A DNA stretch of 64,000 nt, taken from the IMG/VR virus record IMGVR_UViG_3300025655_000017. One strand, written 5' to 3'. Made by a program: the position numbers and the translations under genes. This stretch comes from a virus. Below, in pieces: positions 51,469 through 60,071 of the stretch. The notes under the pieces were generated by a model. The model saw only the letters and a list, made by a program, of their open reading frames with translations. It did no database searches and was not told the DNA's origin. Each line of letters starts with the position of its first letter. Position 1 is the stretch's first letter.

Positions 51469-52074
51469 ATGAAAAACATTTTAGAAAAATACGGCAAGTT
51501 GGTTACAGAAGCCGAAGAAACACAATTAACCCCTTCTGATGTAGAAAATGAGGCATATACACTTTTAGGTAAAATAAAAACATTTTTACAAAAAGCAAAA
51601 CCTCATATCTCAGGAGATCAACAAGCTATTTTAAAGGGTGCAGCTACTGTTCTTGCCAGTTTATTAAATATTGAAGACACTAAACCTGTTGAAGAAGATG
51701 TCAAGATGGATGTCAAGACTTATACAGATATGCCTGACCAAGATATAAAAAAAATTACTGATAAAGGAAATGAAAATAGTATTACACTTACTGAATCCGA
51801 GGGCAGTGTTAAACCTACTCAATTTTATCAGCCACAAGGAAGTCAAAAATATAACGTTACGGTTAATTTTTCAAAGTTTTACGCTAATGATAAAAAACAA
51901 GTTTTTGATTTCTTTTCAAATATGGAAACAAAATGGGATTTAGGTATTAAAGTAACAGATATTGACGGTCAAGGAGACTCACAAATCAATGAAACTTATA
52001 CTAAAAATCAGGTCATGGCACTAATAAGTGCAAAGAAAAAAGGTTATATAGTTGAGGGTATTGAAGTGATATAA
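51469..52074 (+). CDS. hypothetical protein (putative head-processed)
   Basis: VTEA, LTES, INET motifs; shares AKKKGY(V/I)VE with the upstream protein. Confidence 0.65.
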   Translation: MKNILEKYGKLVTEAEETQLTPSDVENEAYTLLGKIKTFLQKAKPHISGDQQAILKGAATVLASLLNIEDTKPVEEDVKMDVKTYTDMPDQDIKKITDKGNENSITLTESEGSVKPTQFYQPQGSQKYNVTVNFSKFYANDKKQVFDFFSNMETKWDLGIKVTDIDGQGDSQINETYTKNQVMALISAKKKGYIVEGIEVI

Positions 52075-52997
52075 TGAAGGAACAGGTACAAAGAACATAT
52101 TCCATATTAGATGAAATATTTAATATTTCAGAATTTTATAGTTTAGAAGATTATAAAAAAGATTATACCTATGTTTTTAATAAAAAAAAACAGGTATTAA
52201 ATCAAATTTATAAAACATCTGATTTCCAACAAATAAAACAAGCCTATGAACTTAATATCCAAGATATAGAAATTTTTGAAGATAATAATGAGGAGCAAAT
52301 AAAAAGTGCCATACTTTCTTTTTTCTCCATTTTTTCTAAGTCAAAAGTTACTATCCACCTAGAAAAAGATGATTTATTTAGCTTACTACATAAAGTAAAG
52401 AATAATAATAAGGAAAAATATATTTCTGATAATATCTTAAATTATATCAGAAATGATGTTAAAAGAGGAAATTCATCACTTGAACCAGAGTCTGAGAAAA
52501 AAATTTTAACATATGTTAAAATTTCCGAACAATCATCAGATATTAACATGGAACAACTCATAAAGTATTTAATATTAGTTGGTTATGTAAACAACATATC
52601 TAAGTTTTTTTTCACTGAGTCTATATATAATCAATTCAATAAGAGTTATTCTAAATGGATAAAGTATTATTCCTTTAATGATTGTTATAAATTTATCAAT
52701 ACAGGTAAGTATATACCCAATGATTCATACATGCAATATAAGAATGGATTATCTATTAGTGGATTAAATACTATTATCATATTAAGAACGGGGGTAAAGT
52801 TATTAATGTTAAAGAATTTAAATCTTCCAAATATTAATTCATTGGAATTAGAGCTTTTAGGTGATATTATTTTTGAAAAAGTTTCAAGGATAAATCCAGA
52901 TTTAGAGGTATTAACAACCCAGCTATATGATTTGATGTCTAAAAGTGAAAATGATCTAAATCAAATTATTTTTAAATCTCTTTGTAATATCAGATAA
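52074..52997 (+). CDS. hypothetical protein
   Basis: 307 aa ORF. Confidence 0.65.
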   Translation: MKEQVQRTYSILDEIFNISEFYSLEDYKKDYTYVFNKKKQVLNQIYKTSDFQQIKQAYELNIQDIEIFEDNNEEQIKSAILSFFSIFSKSKVTIHLEKDDLFSLLHKVKNNNKEKYISDNILNYIRNDVKRGNSSLEPESEKKILTYVKISEQSSDINMEQLIKYLILVGYVNNISKFFFTESIYNQFNKSYSKWIKYYSFNDCYKFINTGKYIPNDSYMQYKNGLSISGLNTIIILRTGVKLLMLKNLNLPNINSLELELLGDIIFEKVSRINPDLEVLTTQLYDLMSKSENDLNQIIFKSLCNIR

Positions 52998-53020
52998 TTT
53001 TTTTATATTTTATAGAAAAT

Positions 53021-53497
53021 ATGAATTTATCTAAATGGGATTTAAGATTTATCAAGCGAGTTGATGAAGTGGCAAGCTGGTCAAAAGATAATTCTACTAA
53101 AGTTGGCTGTTTATTTGTGAAGAATAAAAAAACCTTAGTAGAAGGTTATAATGGTTTGCCAAGCTATTTAAATGATAAAAATGAATATTATCATAAAGCT
53201 CCACAAAAATATTTTTATTTTGAACATGCTGAAAGAAATGCGATTTATTTAGCACAGCAGAATGGTATTTCTTTAGAGGGGTCAACCTGTTATCTCAATT
53301 GGATTCCTTGTCCAGATTGTATGAGAGCGATTTTATATCAAAAACCAGAAAAAATTCTTTGTGATTTAACTATCCGTGAAAAACGAGAAGATTGGAAAGA
53401 TAAATTCCAAGCATCTATTCATTTGTCTAAAATGGCTGATGTTATTATCTTATTCACCCACGATGGAGTAAATTGGTCAGAACAACATAATCTTTGA
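53021..53497 (+). CDS. dCMP deaminase
   Basis: SKD..TKVG, GYNG, HAERNAI, PCPDC. Confidence 0.9.
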   Translation: MNLSKWDLRFIKRVDEVASWSKDNSTKVGCLFVKNKKTLVEGYNGLPSYLNDKNEYYHKAPQKYFYFEHAERNAIYLAQQNGISLEGSTCYLNWIPCPDCMRAILYQKPEKILCDLTIREKREDWKDKFQASIHLSKMADVIILFTHDGVNWSEQHNL

Positions 53498-53506
53498 TTA
53501 ATTACC

Positions 53507-53515
53507 TATTTATAT
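53507..53515 (+). promoter_or_regulatory. putative late promoter CTATTTATA
   Basis: 11 nt upstream of the capsid-family gene. Confidence 0.6.
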
Positions 53516-53526
53516 AAAAAATATAA

Positions 53527-55233
53527 ATGGTTAATCATTTAACAGGATTAAACAAATCTTTTATACCGACCGATAATCTTTTAGTAGAAAAATACAGTAA
53601 TTATTCTGAACATGATAAATTTGGGCAGTATGATAATTATAACTTCTTATTAGAAAAGACTGAACCTGAAAAGGAACAATTAAGTTTGCTTTTAGAGAAT
53701 GTGTCAGGAAATGTGTCAGGTGTTTTCGCTTCTATTGCATTTCCACTTATTAAGCGTACTTTTGATAATATCATATCAAAAAGCCTAGTTACATTTTACC
53801 CAATTGATAAAGCATCAAGTAAAATTTTCTTTTTTTATCCTAAAGTATCATCTCGCAGAGAAAGCGGTGGTAAGCAAATTCACATAGAAAATACAAGTGA
53901 TTATAAATGTTTAGGATTAAATTGCCCTGAGCCTTTTGTGGAAAGCTGTAAATCATTTTACGATCAGCTTTATAATGATTCTTTTTATGATCAATCTAAA
54001 GGAGCGTATGAAGTTATAGTTGCTACTGGGACTCCTTTTTCATTTGATGCAGATAGTTGTATAGTACCTTATACAGATGTCACCTCACAAGATAATACTA
54101 TTAGAGCCATTGGTTTTAAAATAACTGGATTAAATAACAAGCCAGTCTTTAGTAATGGCAGAGGAAATGAAATAGCTGTTGAAGAATTTATTACATCTTT
54201 TAGAGTTATAAACTCTGGTGCTCCTATTGTTGATTCATCTGATAATGTAATATATCAAACAGGTGATGAAGTTAAGGGAAGATTTTTCGCACAAAAATAT
54301 GGGGATAGTATTGTACATGTTGATGATTTATGCGATGAAAATGGGTATATTTTATATGAAATTGATTTAAAACATCCTGTTAGTTCTGGCAATCCAACAA
54401 CATATGATGGATATGTTGGAGTTTTACCTAACGTTAATATTTCTTCAAATTTTACATTTACTTGGAAACGATATGATACCCTAGAAAATAATGGACAAAT
54501 TAGTGAATATGGTTTTGATTTACGTGGTATAGATTTACAAGTTGTTGATCGAATGACTAGAGCGATATGGTCACCACAACTTCAAATGGATTTACAAGCA
54601 TATCAAAATATTAACGCTAATAAAGAATTTATTAATTCTATGTCGCAGCAAATTGCCTTAGAAATTGATAGAGAGATTTTACTTGATTTAAAAAACGCTG
54701 CGCCTTGGGCATTAAGATTTGATTATTTAGGATGGCAAAATACCACTCAAACTTACAATCAAGAGTTATGGAACAAAAAATTATTCGACAAGATTAATGA
54801 GGTTTCAGCACAAATACATAAAACGACTAATTGTGGTGGAGCAAATTGGGTTGTTCTTAGTCCTGAAGCTTCTGCTCTGTTCCCTAATTTAAGCATTTTA
54901 AGAGAGGGAGAGACACTTACAGAAAAAGATAGGTACAACATAGGTCTAAAGAGAGTAGGAACCTTAGGAGGGAGATATGACGTATTTATTGATGCTTTTG
55001 CTAAACCTAATGATATACTTATTGGGTTTAAACCAGAATCATTGACAAATGTGGGGTATATTTATGCACCATATGTTTTAGCACAACCAAGTGTTCCTGT
55101 TATGAATCCAAATAATTTCTCTATAAATCAGATGTTAATGACTAGATATGCAAAGAAATTTACTAATAGCAAGATGTATGGGAAAATTTACGTAGATAAT
55201 ATACCTACATTTAATACATTTGAAAGTCGATAA
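53527..55233 (+). CDS. T4 gp23/gp24-family capsid protein (major capsid or vertex paralog)
   Basis: IAFPLIKR, WSPQLQMDLQAYQNI, IALEIDREIL, GGANW, GYIYAPYV, MTRYAKK. Confidence 0.85.
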   Translation: MVNHLTGLNKSFIPTDNLLVEKYSNYSEHDKFGQYDNYNFLLEKTEPEKEQLSLLLENVSGNVSGVFASIAFPLIKRTFDNIISKSLVTFYPIDKASSKIFFFYPKVSSRRESGGKQIHIENTSDYKCLGLNCPEPFVESCKSFYDQLYNDSFYDQSKGAYEVIVATGTPFSFDADSCIVPYTDVTSQDNTIRAIGFKITGLNNKPVFSNGRGNEIAVEEFITSFRVINSGAPIVDSSDNVIYQTGDEVKGRFFAQKYGDSIVHVDDLCDENGYILYEIDLKHPVSSGNPTTYDGYVGVLPNVNISSNFTFTWKRYDTLENNGQISEYGFDLRGIDLQVVDRMTRAIWSPQLQMDLQAYQNINANKEFINSMSQQIALEIDREILLDLKNAAPWALRFDYLGWQNTTQTYNQELWNKKLFDKINEVSAQIHKTTNCGGANWVVLSPEASALFPNLSILREGETLTEKDRYNIGLKRVGTLGGRYDVFIDAFAKPNDILIGFKPESLTNVGYIYAPYVLAQPSVPVMNPNNFSINQMLMTRYAKKFTNSKMYGKIYVDNIPTFNTFESR

Positions 55234-55244
55234 ATTTACTGTAT

Positions 55245-56336
55245 ATGTTATACACATTATTATGCATATTATGTTTTATAAACATAATATGCATTTTTTT
55301 TAATTTTTTATTTTATAAGCGTAATTATTATAAAATAAAAATTATAGATGGAATACAAAAAAACAGTCAGGTTTGCATATACGTTAAAGATAAAAATCAT
55401 AGATTTAATTTTGTAACTGATAATTTTGAAGAATTTGCACCATTATATAACGTGTTTGGATTTACAGATTATGATTTTTTCCCTAAAGACATTGCTGATA
55501 AATTTAGAGAGGGAGACTTACATGTGAGGTCAACACATGAAAGGTTAAATATTATTGATGCATTAGAATTAGGAGATAATGTTTTATATTATAATTCATC
55601 TAAATTTATGATTGATAACGAAAACATGTGTGGTGTAAGCATAGATATAACTAATGAAATTAAAAAAAGTGAAAAGGTACAAGAAACGAATAATTTTTTA
55701 ACTCATATAAATTACATAATAAGACATGATTTATATAACTCAATAAATTTAGTTAATCAGTTTTTTATTAAAATCGAAAAAAAAATTGAAATAGAATATT
55801 TAGAAGAGCATAAAATAATTGGAGCTTTTAAAGCTTTAAAACAATGTATTTTTACTTTAAAAGAAACCTTTCAAGGGATTTGTGATTTTAGTATAATGTT
55901 GGATGATCATAAAAAATTACCTGTTGAAAGTTTTTACTTAAGTGTAATATTAAATGATTTTTTAAAAAAAACCGCTTATTATTCATATGTAGATATAGAT
56001 GAAGAAATGGGAATAATTACAGCAAATAAATCATTGATGATAACGGCTCTTATCAATTTAATAAAAAATGGAATTAAGCACAATAATTCACAAAATAAAA
56101 AAGTAAAAATTTATAAATGTGAGAATGATCTACTTATAGAAGATAATGGGTATGGTATAACAGATGAACAACTTTCTAAATTTATAAAGCCATATTCACA
56201 AGCAAATGATAATGGTGAGGGATTAGGGTTAGGATTATCAATAACAAACCTAATTTTAAAATACCATAATTTAAATTTATCTGCTTTACCTAAAGAAAAC
56301 GGTACTATTTTAGTAATAAAAAATATATTCATATAA
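55245..56336 (+). CDS. membrane-anchored PAS-domain sensor histidine kinase
   Basis: N-terminal TM; PAS (IYVKD..RF...GFTDYDFFP); H-box RHDLYN; N-box NLIKNGIKHN; G1 DNGYGI; G2 GLGLGL. Confidence 0.9.
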   Translation: MLYTLLCILCFINIICIFFNFLFYKRNYYKIKIIDGIQKNSQVCIYVKDKNHRFNFVTDNFEEFAPLYNVFGFTDYDFFPKDIADKFREGDLHVRSTHERLNIIDALELGDNVLYYNSSKFMIDNENMCGVSIDITNEIKKSEKVQETNNFLTHINYIIRHDLYNSINLVNQFFIKIEKKIEIEYLEEHKIIGAFKALKQCIFTLKETFQGICDFSIMLDDHKKLPVESFYLSVILNDFLKKTAYYSYVDIDEEMGIITANKSLMITALINLIKNGIKHNNSQNKKVKIYKCENDLLIEDNGYGITDEQLSKFIKPYSQANDNGEGLGLGLSITNLILKYHNLNLSALPKENGTILVIKNIFI

Positions 56337-56370
56337 TATATTTTTATATTTATATGAAAAAAAAGTTTTG

Positions 56371-56817
56371 ATGTTTAGCAACTATAAAATAAAAACACTT
56401 TTATGTGTTGAAGATGATATATTTTATTCATATCTTTTTCAAGATGCAGCAGAAAGTGTAGATTTAGCAATAAAAGTAAAAGCCATTCATTCTTCTGATG
56501 AAGCAGAAGAATGGTTTATTAAATCAAGAAAGCGGGGGGATGTTCCTGATTGTATTTTTGTGGATGTAAATCTTAAAGGGTCTTCTTTTTCTGGGTTAGA
56601 ACTTATAAGAAAAATTAATTTTGAACATGGAAATAACGTTGTTATTGGTGTTATATCAACATCTAATGATGATCAAGAAAAAGCAACAGCAGTAAAAAAT
56701 GGGGCACAATTCTGGATTTTGAAAGACACGTTAGATTTAGAAAAAGTATTAATTGATTTTAAAGATGATTTTATAGGTTTTCAAAACAGATTATTACCAT
56801 TTAAAACCTATAAATAA
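56371..56817 (+). CDS. single-domain response regulator (receiver)
   Basis: VEDD, FVDVNL (phospho-Asp), GLELI, STS, K. Confidence 0.9.
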   Translation: MFSNYKIKTLLCVEDDIFYSYLFQDAAESVDLAIKVKAIHSSDEAEEWFIKSRKRGDVPDCIFVDVNLKGSSFSGLELIRKINFEHGNNVVIGVISTSNDDQEKATAVKNGAQFWILKDTLDLEKVLIDFKDDFIGFQNRLLPFKTYK

Positions 56818-57419
56818 TGATTATTGATGAAAAAACATTTGAGGCTCTATATGAATTAAAAGAAACACAGGAGATTTTTTTGAGTGGAGATATAATAAAA
56901 TTTATAGAGCCTCAAGATGAATTACAAAAAGTATATTTGTTTGAATGTATTACTTTATATAAAAATTCTATAAGAAATCGTTTAAGTACTTCACAACTAG
57001 TTTTAAAACAAAATTTACAACTAGTAAAAAAGGAAACTATTTTATTAGAAACGTTAGAACAATTAAGAATTGAAAGTGAAGCAGTAAAAGAAGAAAAAAA
57101 TAGAACTAAAGAAATATTAGTTTTAACCGAAAGAGATAAAGTTTCTGCTGAACAGCAAGTAGAGATACTCAAAACCAGTAAAAAATTAGACATATTAAAT
57201 AGAGGGTTACTTTTTAGTATGATAGCTATATTTACTATTATTGTTAGTGTTACTCTTATTCAAACTGCTTTTCTGTATAAAAATTTAGAAACTGATCAAA
57301 TTATAGGCAATGTGTTTAATATATACAATATCTTACTAACTGGTTTACTTACAATAGTCAGCAGTGTCTTAGGGGTAAAAATAGGGTTAAATAATAATAA
57401 GGAAGAAAAAACAGTTTAA
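56817..57419 (+). CDS. coiled-coil protein with two C-terminal TM helices
   Basis: Translationally coupled to the receiver gene (TAATG). Confidence 0.7.
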   Translation: MIIDEKTFEALYELKETQEIFLSGDIIKFIEPQDELQKVYLFECITLYKNSIRNRLSTSQLVLKQNLQLVKKETILLETLEQLRIESEAVKEEKNRTKEILVLTERDKVSAEQQVEILKTSKKLDILNRGLLFSMIAIFTIIVSVTLIQTAFLYKNLETDQIIGNVFNIYNILLTGLLTIVSSVLGVKIGLNNNKEEKTV

Positions 57420-57495
57420 ATATTTTCTTTCACCGTTGGCAACCCTTATATTTAAAATAAAATTGAAAGAGGATATTAACATAGAAGTTTATTTT

Positions 57496-58121
57496 ATGGC
57501 ACGACAAGTTGGAAAAACAATGAGGGCAATTGAAAGATTTGTTATGAACTATGATAAATCTATATTTATCAATCCTAATAATGAGTCAACTAGATCAACA
57601 ATTGAAACAATCCTTCTTAATTACCCTCATCTAAATCCCGGATTTTTAAGTAAAAAAGTTTTCTCGCTTAATGCTAATAGAAATAAATACATGGATGCCA
57701 GATATGGGGAAAAAATATTATATTTGATGAATATTTATCATCCCCAGTCAAAGATGGCGTAATTTCTATTCTTTTCCCCCAGTTAGAGAACATATATGTT
57801 TATTCATCATTTGATAAAGAGTACATTGTATTAAATAATACCGTGCCAAAATATAGATTACCCGATTACATGATAATTAATTTACCCGAAGTAGATAGAT
57901 TGCAATTTCGGCAATTTAATGATGTTTTGCTCACTAATGATAATACAAGAATATTGGTGGTTCCTAATTACAACATCAATACTAAATTAGAAAAGCAGTT
58001 GGGGGAAAGAGCTTACAAAATAGGAGTTTTAAATAATATATTATCAAGCAGCGATAATAGTTCTTTATTGTGGGATCAAGCGTTTATGGCATTATTCCCC
58101 AACATATCAGATAAACATTAA
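57496..58121 (+). pseudogene. frameshifted P-loop NTPase (terminase/helicase-like ATPase fragment)
   Basis: ARQVGKT in frame 0; IIFDE Walker B appears in the -1 frame right after GGGGAAAAAA (57706-57715), and that frame stays open into ORF 57843-58121. Confidence 0.6.
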
Positions 58122-58195
58122 CAGTTTTATTTAGTTGATAATCAATTATTTAAGGTAATTAGTTATCTTTATAAAAGTTTTTTTTGCTAAAATCC

Positions 58196-58226
58196 TTGCC
58201 AGTTAACAAAAAACAACCTACGTTTG
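58196..58226 (+). promoter_or_regulatory. Bacteroidota-type promoter
   Basis: TTGC...TACGTTTG. Confidence 0.65.
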
Positions 58227-58270
58227 CAACGTAGTTATAAAAAACAATTTTTTCATCTAAAAAAAATATT

Positions 58271-58636
58271 ATGCAAATTGACGTTAGTGATAGCACAGTT
58301 CATTTGGTAGAAACAATTTGTCCTAAGGGGACAAAAGACAAAGTATTATATACTGCGTTAAAAATGACTTGTTGGAATGAAAATGCTGAGGTAATTTTTG
58401 AAGCAGGAATAACATGTCATTAATGCAATTATATAAAACATGTTCAATGTTGTCATATTATTGATGTTTCTAAATTTTCAGATGAAACACCATTAAATAT
58501 AATTAATCACCCAGATAATTTATTATGGCTTTGCCCCAATCATCACTGGGAATTTGATAATGGCCTCCTTGATAGTTTATATGATTTAATAAAAGATCAT
58601 GAATTATTGAAGAAATACTTGCACATGATAAAATAA
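58271..58636 (+). pseudogene. HNH endonuclease with an in-frame TAA
   Basis: ...GITCH*CNYIKHVQCCHII...NLLWLCPNHHWEFDNG; stop at 58421-58423 splits a CxxC. Confidence 0.7.
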
Positions 58637-58731
58637 ATCTGTATATTTGCATAGTAATTAATAGAAAGAATATTTTTTTACTATTTATTTTAAGAAATAG
58701 TTGCATTATAAGAAAAAAGTTTTTATCTTTG
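58619..58731 (+). promoter_or_regulatory. tandem Bacteroidota-type promoters upstream of the tRNA array
   Basis: TTGC(58619)...TATATTTG(58642) and TTGC(58701)...TATCTTTG(58724). Confidence 0.7.
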
Positions 58732-58767
58732 CACTGTTGAAAGTCGAAAGACTATAAATTTTTAAAT

Positions 58768-58841
58768 CGGAGATTAGAGCAGTCTGGTAGCTTGCTTGGC
58801 TCATAACCAAGAGGTCATTGGTTCAAATCCCTATATGTGCA
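58768..58841 (+). tRNA. tRNA-Met(CAT)-like, degenerate or chimeric
   Basis: Good D arm and anticodon arm (CTTGG-CTCATAA-CCAAG) and GGTTCAAATCC, but the outer T stem and acceptor stem do not pair. Confidence 0.5.
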
Positions 58842-58878
58842 ACTACAAAAACTTTTTTAAAAACATAATTTAATAGAA

Positions 58879-58971
58879 ATGAATACAATGCTAAAAAATA
58901 CAAAGATTAATAATGCAGCGCAACCGCTTCATGGGGATCGTTGTATCTACGCACTAAAGGTTCATTTTTGA
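58879..58971 (+). CDS. attenuator leader peptide (30 aa, MNTMLKNTKINNAAQPLHGDRCIYALKVHF)
   Basis: Hand translation; last codons overlap the antiterminator arm. Confidence 0.65.
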   Translation: MNTMLKNTKINNAAQPLHGDRCIYALKVHF

Positions 58972-59028
58972 CAGAAAAAAAGTTTTACTTCAAAAAAACC
59001 CTTTAGTGCAAATTAAAGGGTTTTTTTT
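58951..59028 (+). terminator. attenuator: mutually exclusive antiterminator and intrinsic terminator
   Basis: Terminator AAAAAAACCCTTTA-loop-TAAAGGGTTTTTTTT (58992-59028); GCACTAAAGG (58951-60) is perfectly complementary to CCTTTAGTGC (59000-09). Confidence 0.8.
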
Positions 59029-59128
59029 ATGTTCATTGACATAGTTGGATTATTTTAGAAAATATTAACTGAAAAAGGTAGTCAGTCCTTTGGAGTGCAA
59101 ACATTATTGCCACCAGTTGATACATAAA

Positions 59129-59204
59129 GGTCTATGGGGCTGCTTGGGTTGGCCGTCGGATTGTCTATCCGAATATCAGATGGGTTCAAATCCCATATAG
59201 ACTG
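59129..59204 (+). tRNA. tRNA-Asp(GTC)
   Basis: GGTCTAT/ATAGACT acceptor; TCGGA-TTGTCTA-TCCGA; GGTTCAAATCC. Confidence 0.8.
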
Positions 59205-59210
59205 CAACAT

Positions 59211-59290
59211 GCTCCTGTACGCAAAATAGGCAAAGCGGCCACACTTAGGATGTGGTGATTTATTTGTGGGTTCAAGTCCCACTGGGAGTA
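59211..59290 (+). tRNA. tRNA-Leu(TAG)
   Basis: CCACA-CTTAGGA-TGTGG; extended variable region; GTTCAAGTC. Confidence 0.85.
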
Positions 59291-59371
59291 CAATTTAATA
59301 AGTTTCAAGTAAAAGTGCTTACTTAAAGACAAATAGTGATTTGATCTTTTTAATGAAGATTATTAATATAT

Positions 59372-59445
59372 CTAGATGTAGCTTAAATGAATAAAGCACC
59401 ATGTTTGGGACATGGAAGATGTCAATTTGAGTTTGACCATCTGGA
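59372..59445 (+). tRNA. tRNA-Pro(TGG), atypical D/T loops
   Basis: CTAGATG/CATCTGG acceptor; CCATG-TTTGGGA-CATGG; T loop TTTGAGT; no GG in the D loop. Confidence 0.7.
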
Positions 59446-59462
59446 CTTTTTTTGAAAAAGGA

Positions 59463-59740
59463 ATCTCTAACGTATGTCGAAAGAGATATAGGGCTGGCAG
59501 TTAGCCTATTGCAGTTTAAAAATAACTTTTATACGTTTTTTTAAACGCATAAAGAAATTAATATATAACTATTAATTTTCATACTGTTGGAAACCAATGA
59601 TTGCATATGAAAATGTAATCTTGTTTACTAAACACGTTTTTAGTGGTTGCACTGAACCCTTGATTTTTAGTAAAAAATCATAAACAGGCTACAAAGATCA
59701 GTTTATTAAAACTGTCAATAATAACGTTAGGTTAGCTGCC
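59463..59740 (+). ncRNA. unassigned structured RNA (~280 nt)
   Basis: 13-bp closing helix 59496-59508/59728-59740, further long-range helices and several internal hairpins; no long ORF. Confidence 0.55.
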
Positions 59741-59766
59741 ATTGATTAATTTCATAAAAAGCTCCA

Positions 59767-59840
59767 CAGGAGTTAGCTCAGTTGGTTAGAGCGTCATCTT
59801 TACATGGTGAATGTCAATGGTTCGATCCCATTACTCTTGT
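59767..59840 (+). tRNA. tRNA-Val(TAC)
   Basis: CAGGAGT/ACTCTTG; TCATC-TTTACAT-GGTGA; GGTTCGATCC. Confidence 0.8.
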
Positions 59841-59852
59841 CATTTTAATTAT

Positions 59853-59928
59853 GGTCTATGGGGCTGCTGGATGTGGCCACTCCCTTGTCGCGGGAGAGAT
59901 CAGACGGGTTTGAATCCCGTATAGACCG
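59853..59928 (+). tRNA. tRNA-Asp(GTC), second copy
   Basis: GGTCTAT/ATAGACC; CTCCC-TTGTCGC-GGGAG. Confidence 0.8.
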
Positions 59929-59942
59929 CTTTTATTATTTAT

Positions 59943-60015
59943 GGGGCATTGATGAAACTGGCTATCATATAACACCTGCAATGTTATTTTACGGGTTCAA
60001 ACCCCGTATGCTCCA
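59943..60015 (+). tRNA. tRNA-Ala(TGC)
   Basis: G3:U70 in GGGGCAT/ATGCTCC; TAACA-CCTGCAA-TGTTA. Confidence 0.8.
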
Positions 60016-60071
60016 CCCAATTAATTGACTATCAGTGTTTTATGTTATGTCAGTTAATCTTTTACTTTAAT

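Noticed and set aside
56354-56371. ATG plus A8 run out of frame just upstream of the receiver gene (possible phase variation)
   Set aside because: An in-frame ATG at 56371 gives a complete receiver domain, and A runs are ubiquitous in this AT-rich DNA.
59082-59282. 66-aa minus-strand ORF (MGLEPT...)
   Set aside because: Antisense shadow of tRNA-Asp and tRNA-Leu.
59710-59768. tmRNA-like tag (VNNNVRLAAID*) followed by GCTCCA
   Set aside because: There is no T arm or matching 5' acceptor strand, the peptide does not end at LAA, and these bases are explained by the ncRNA closing helix.
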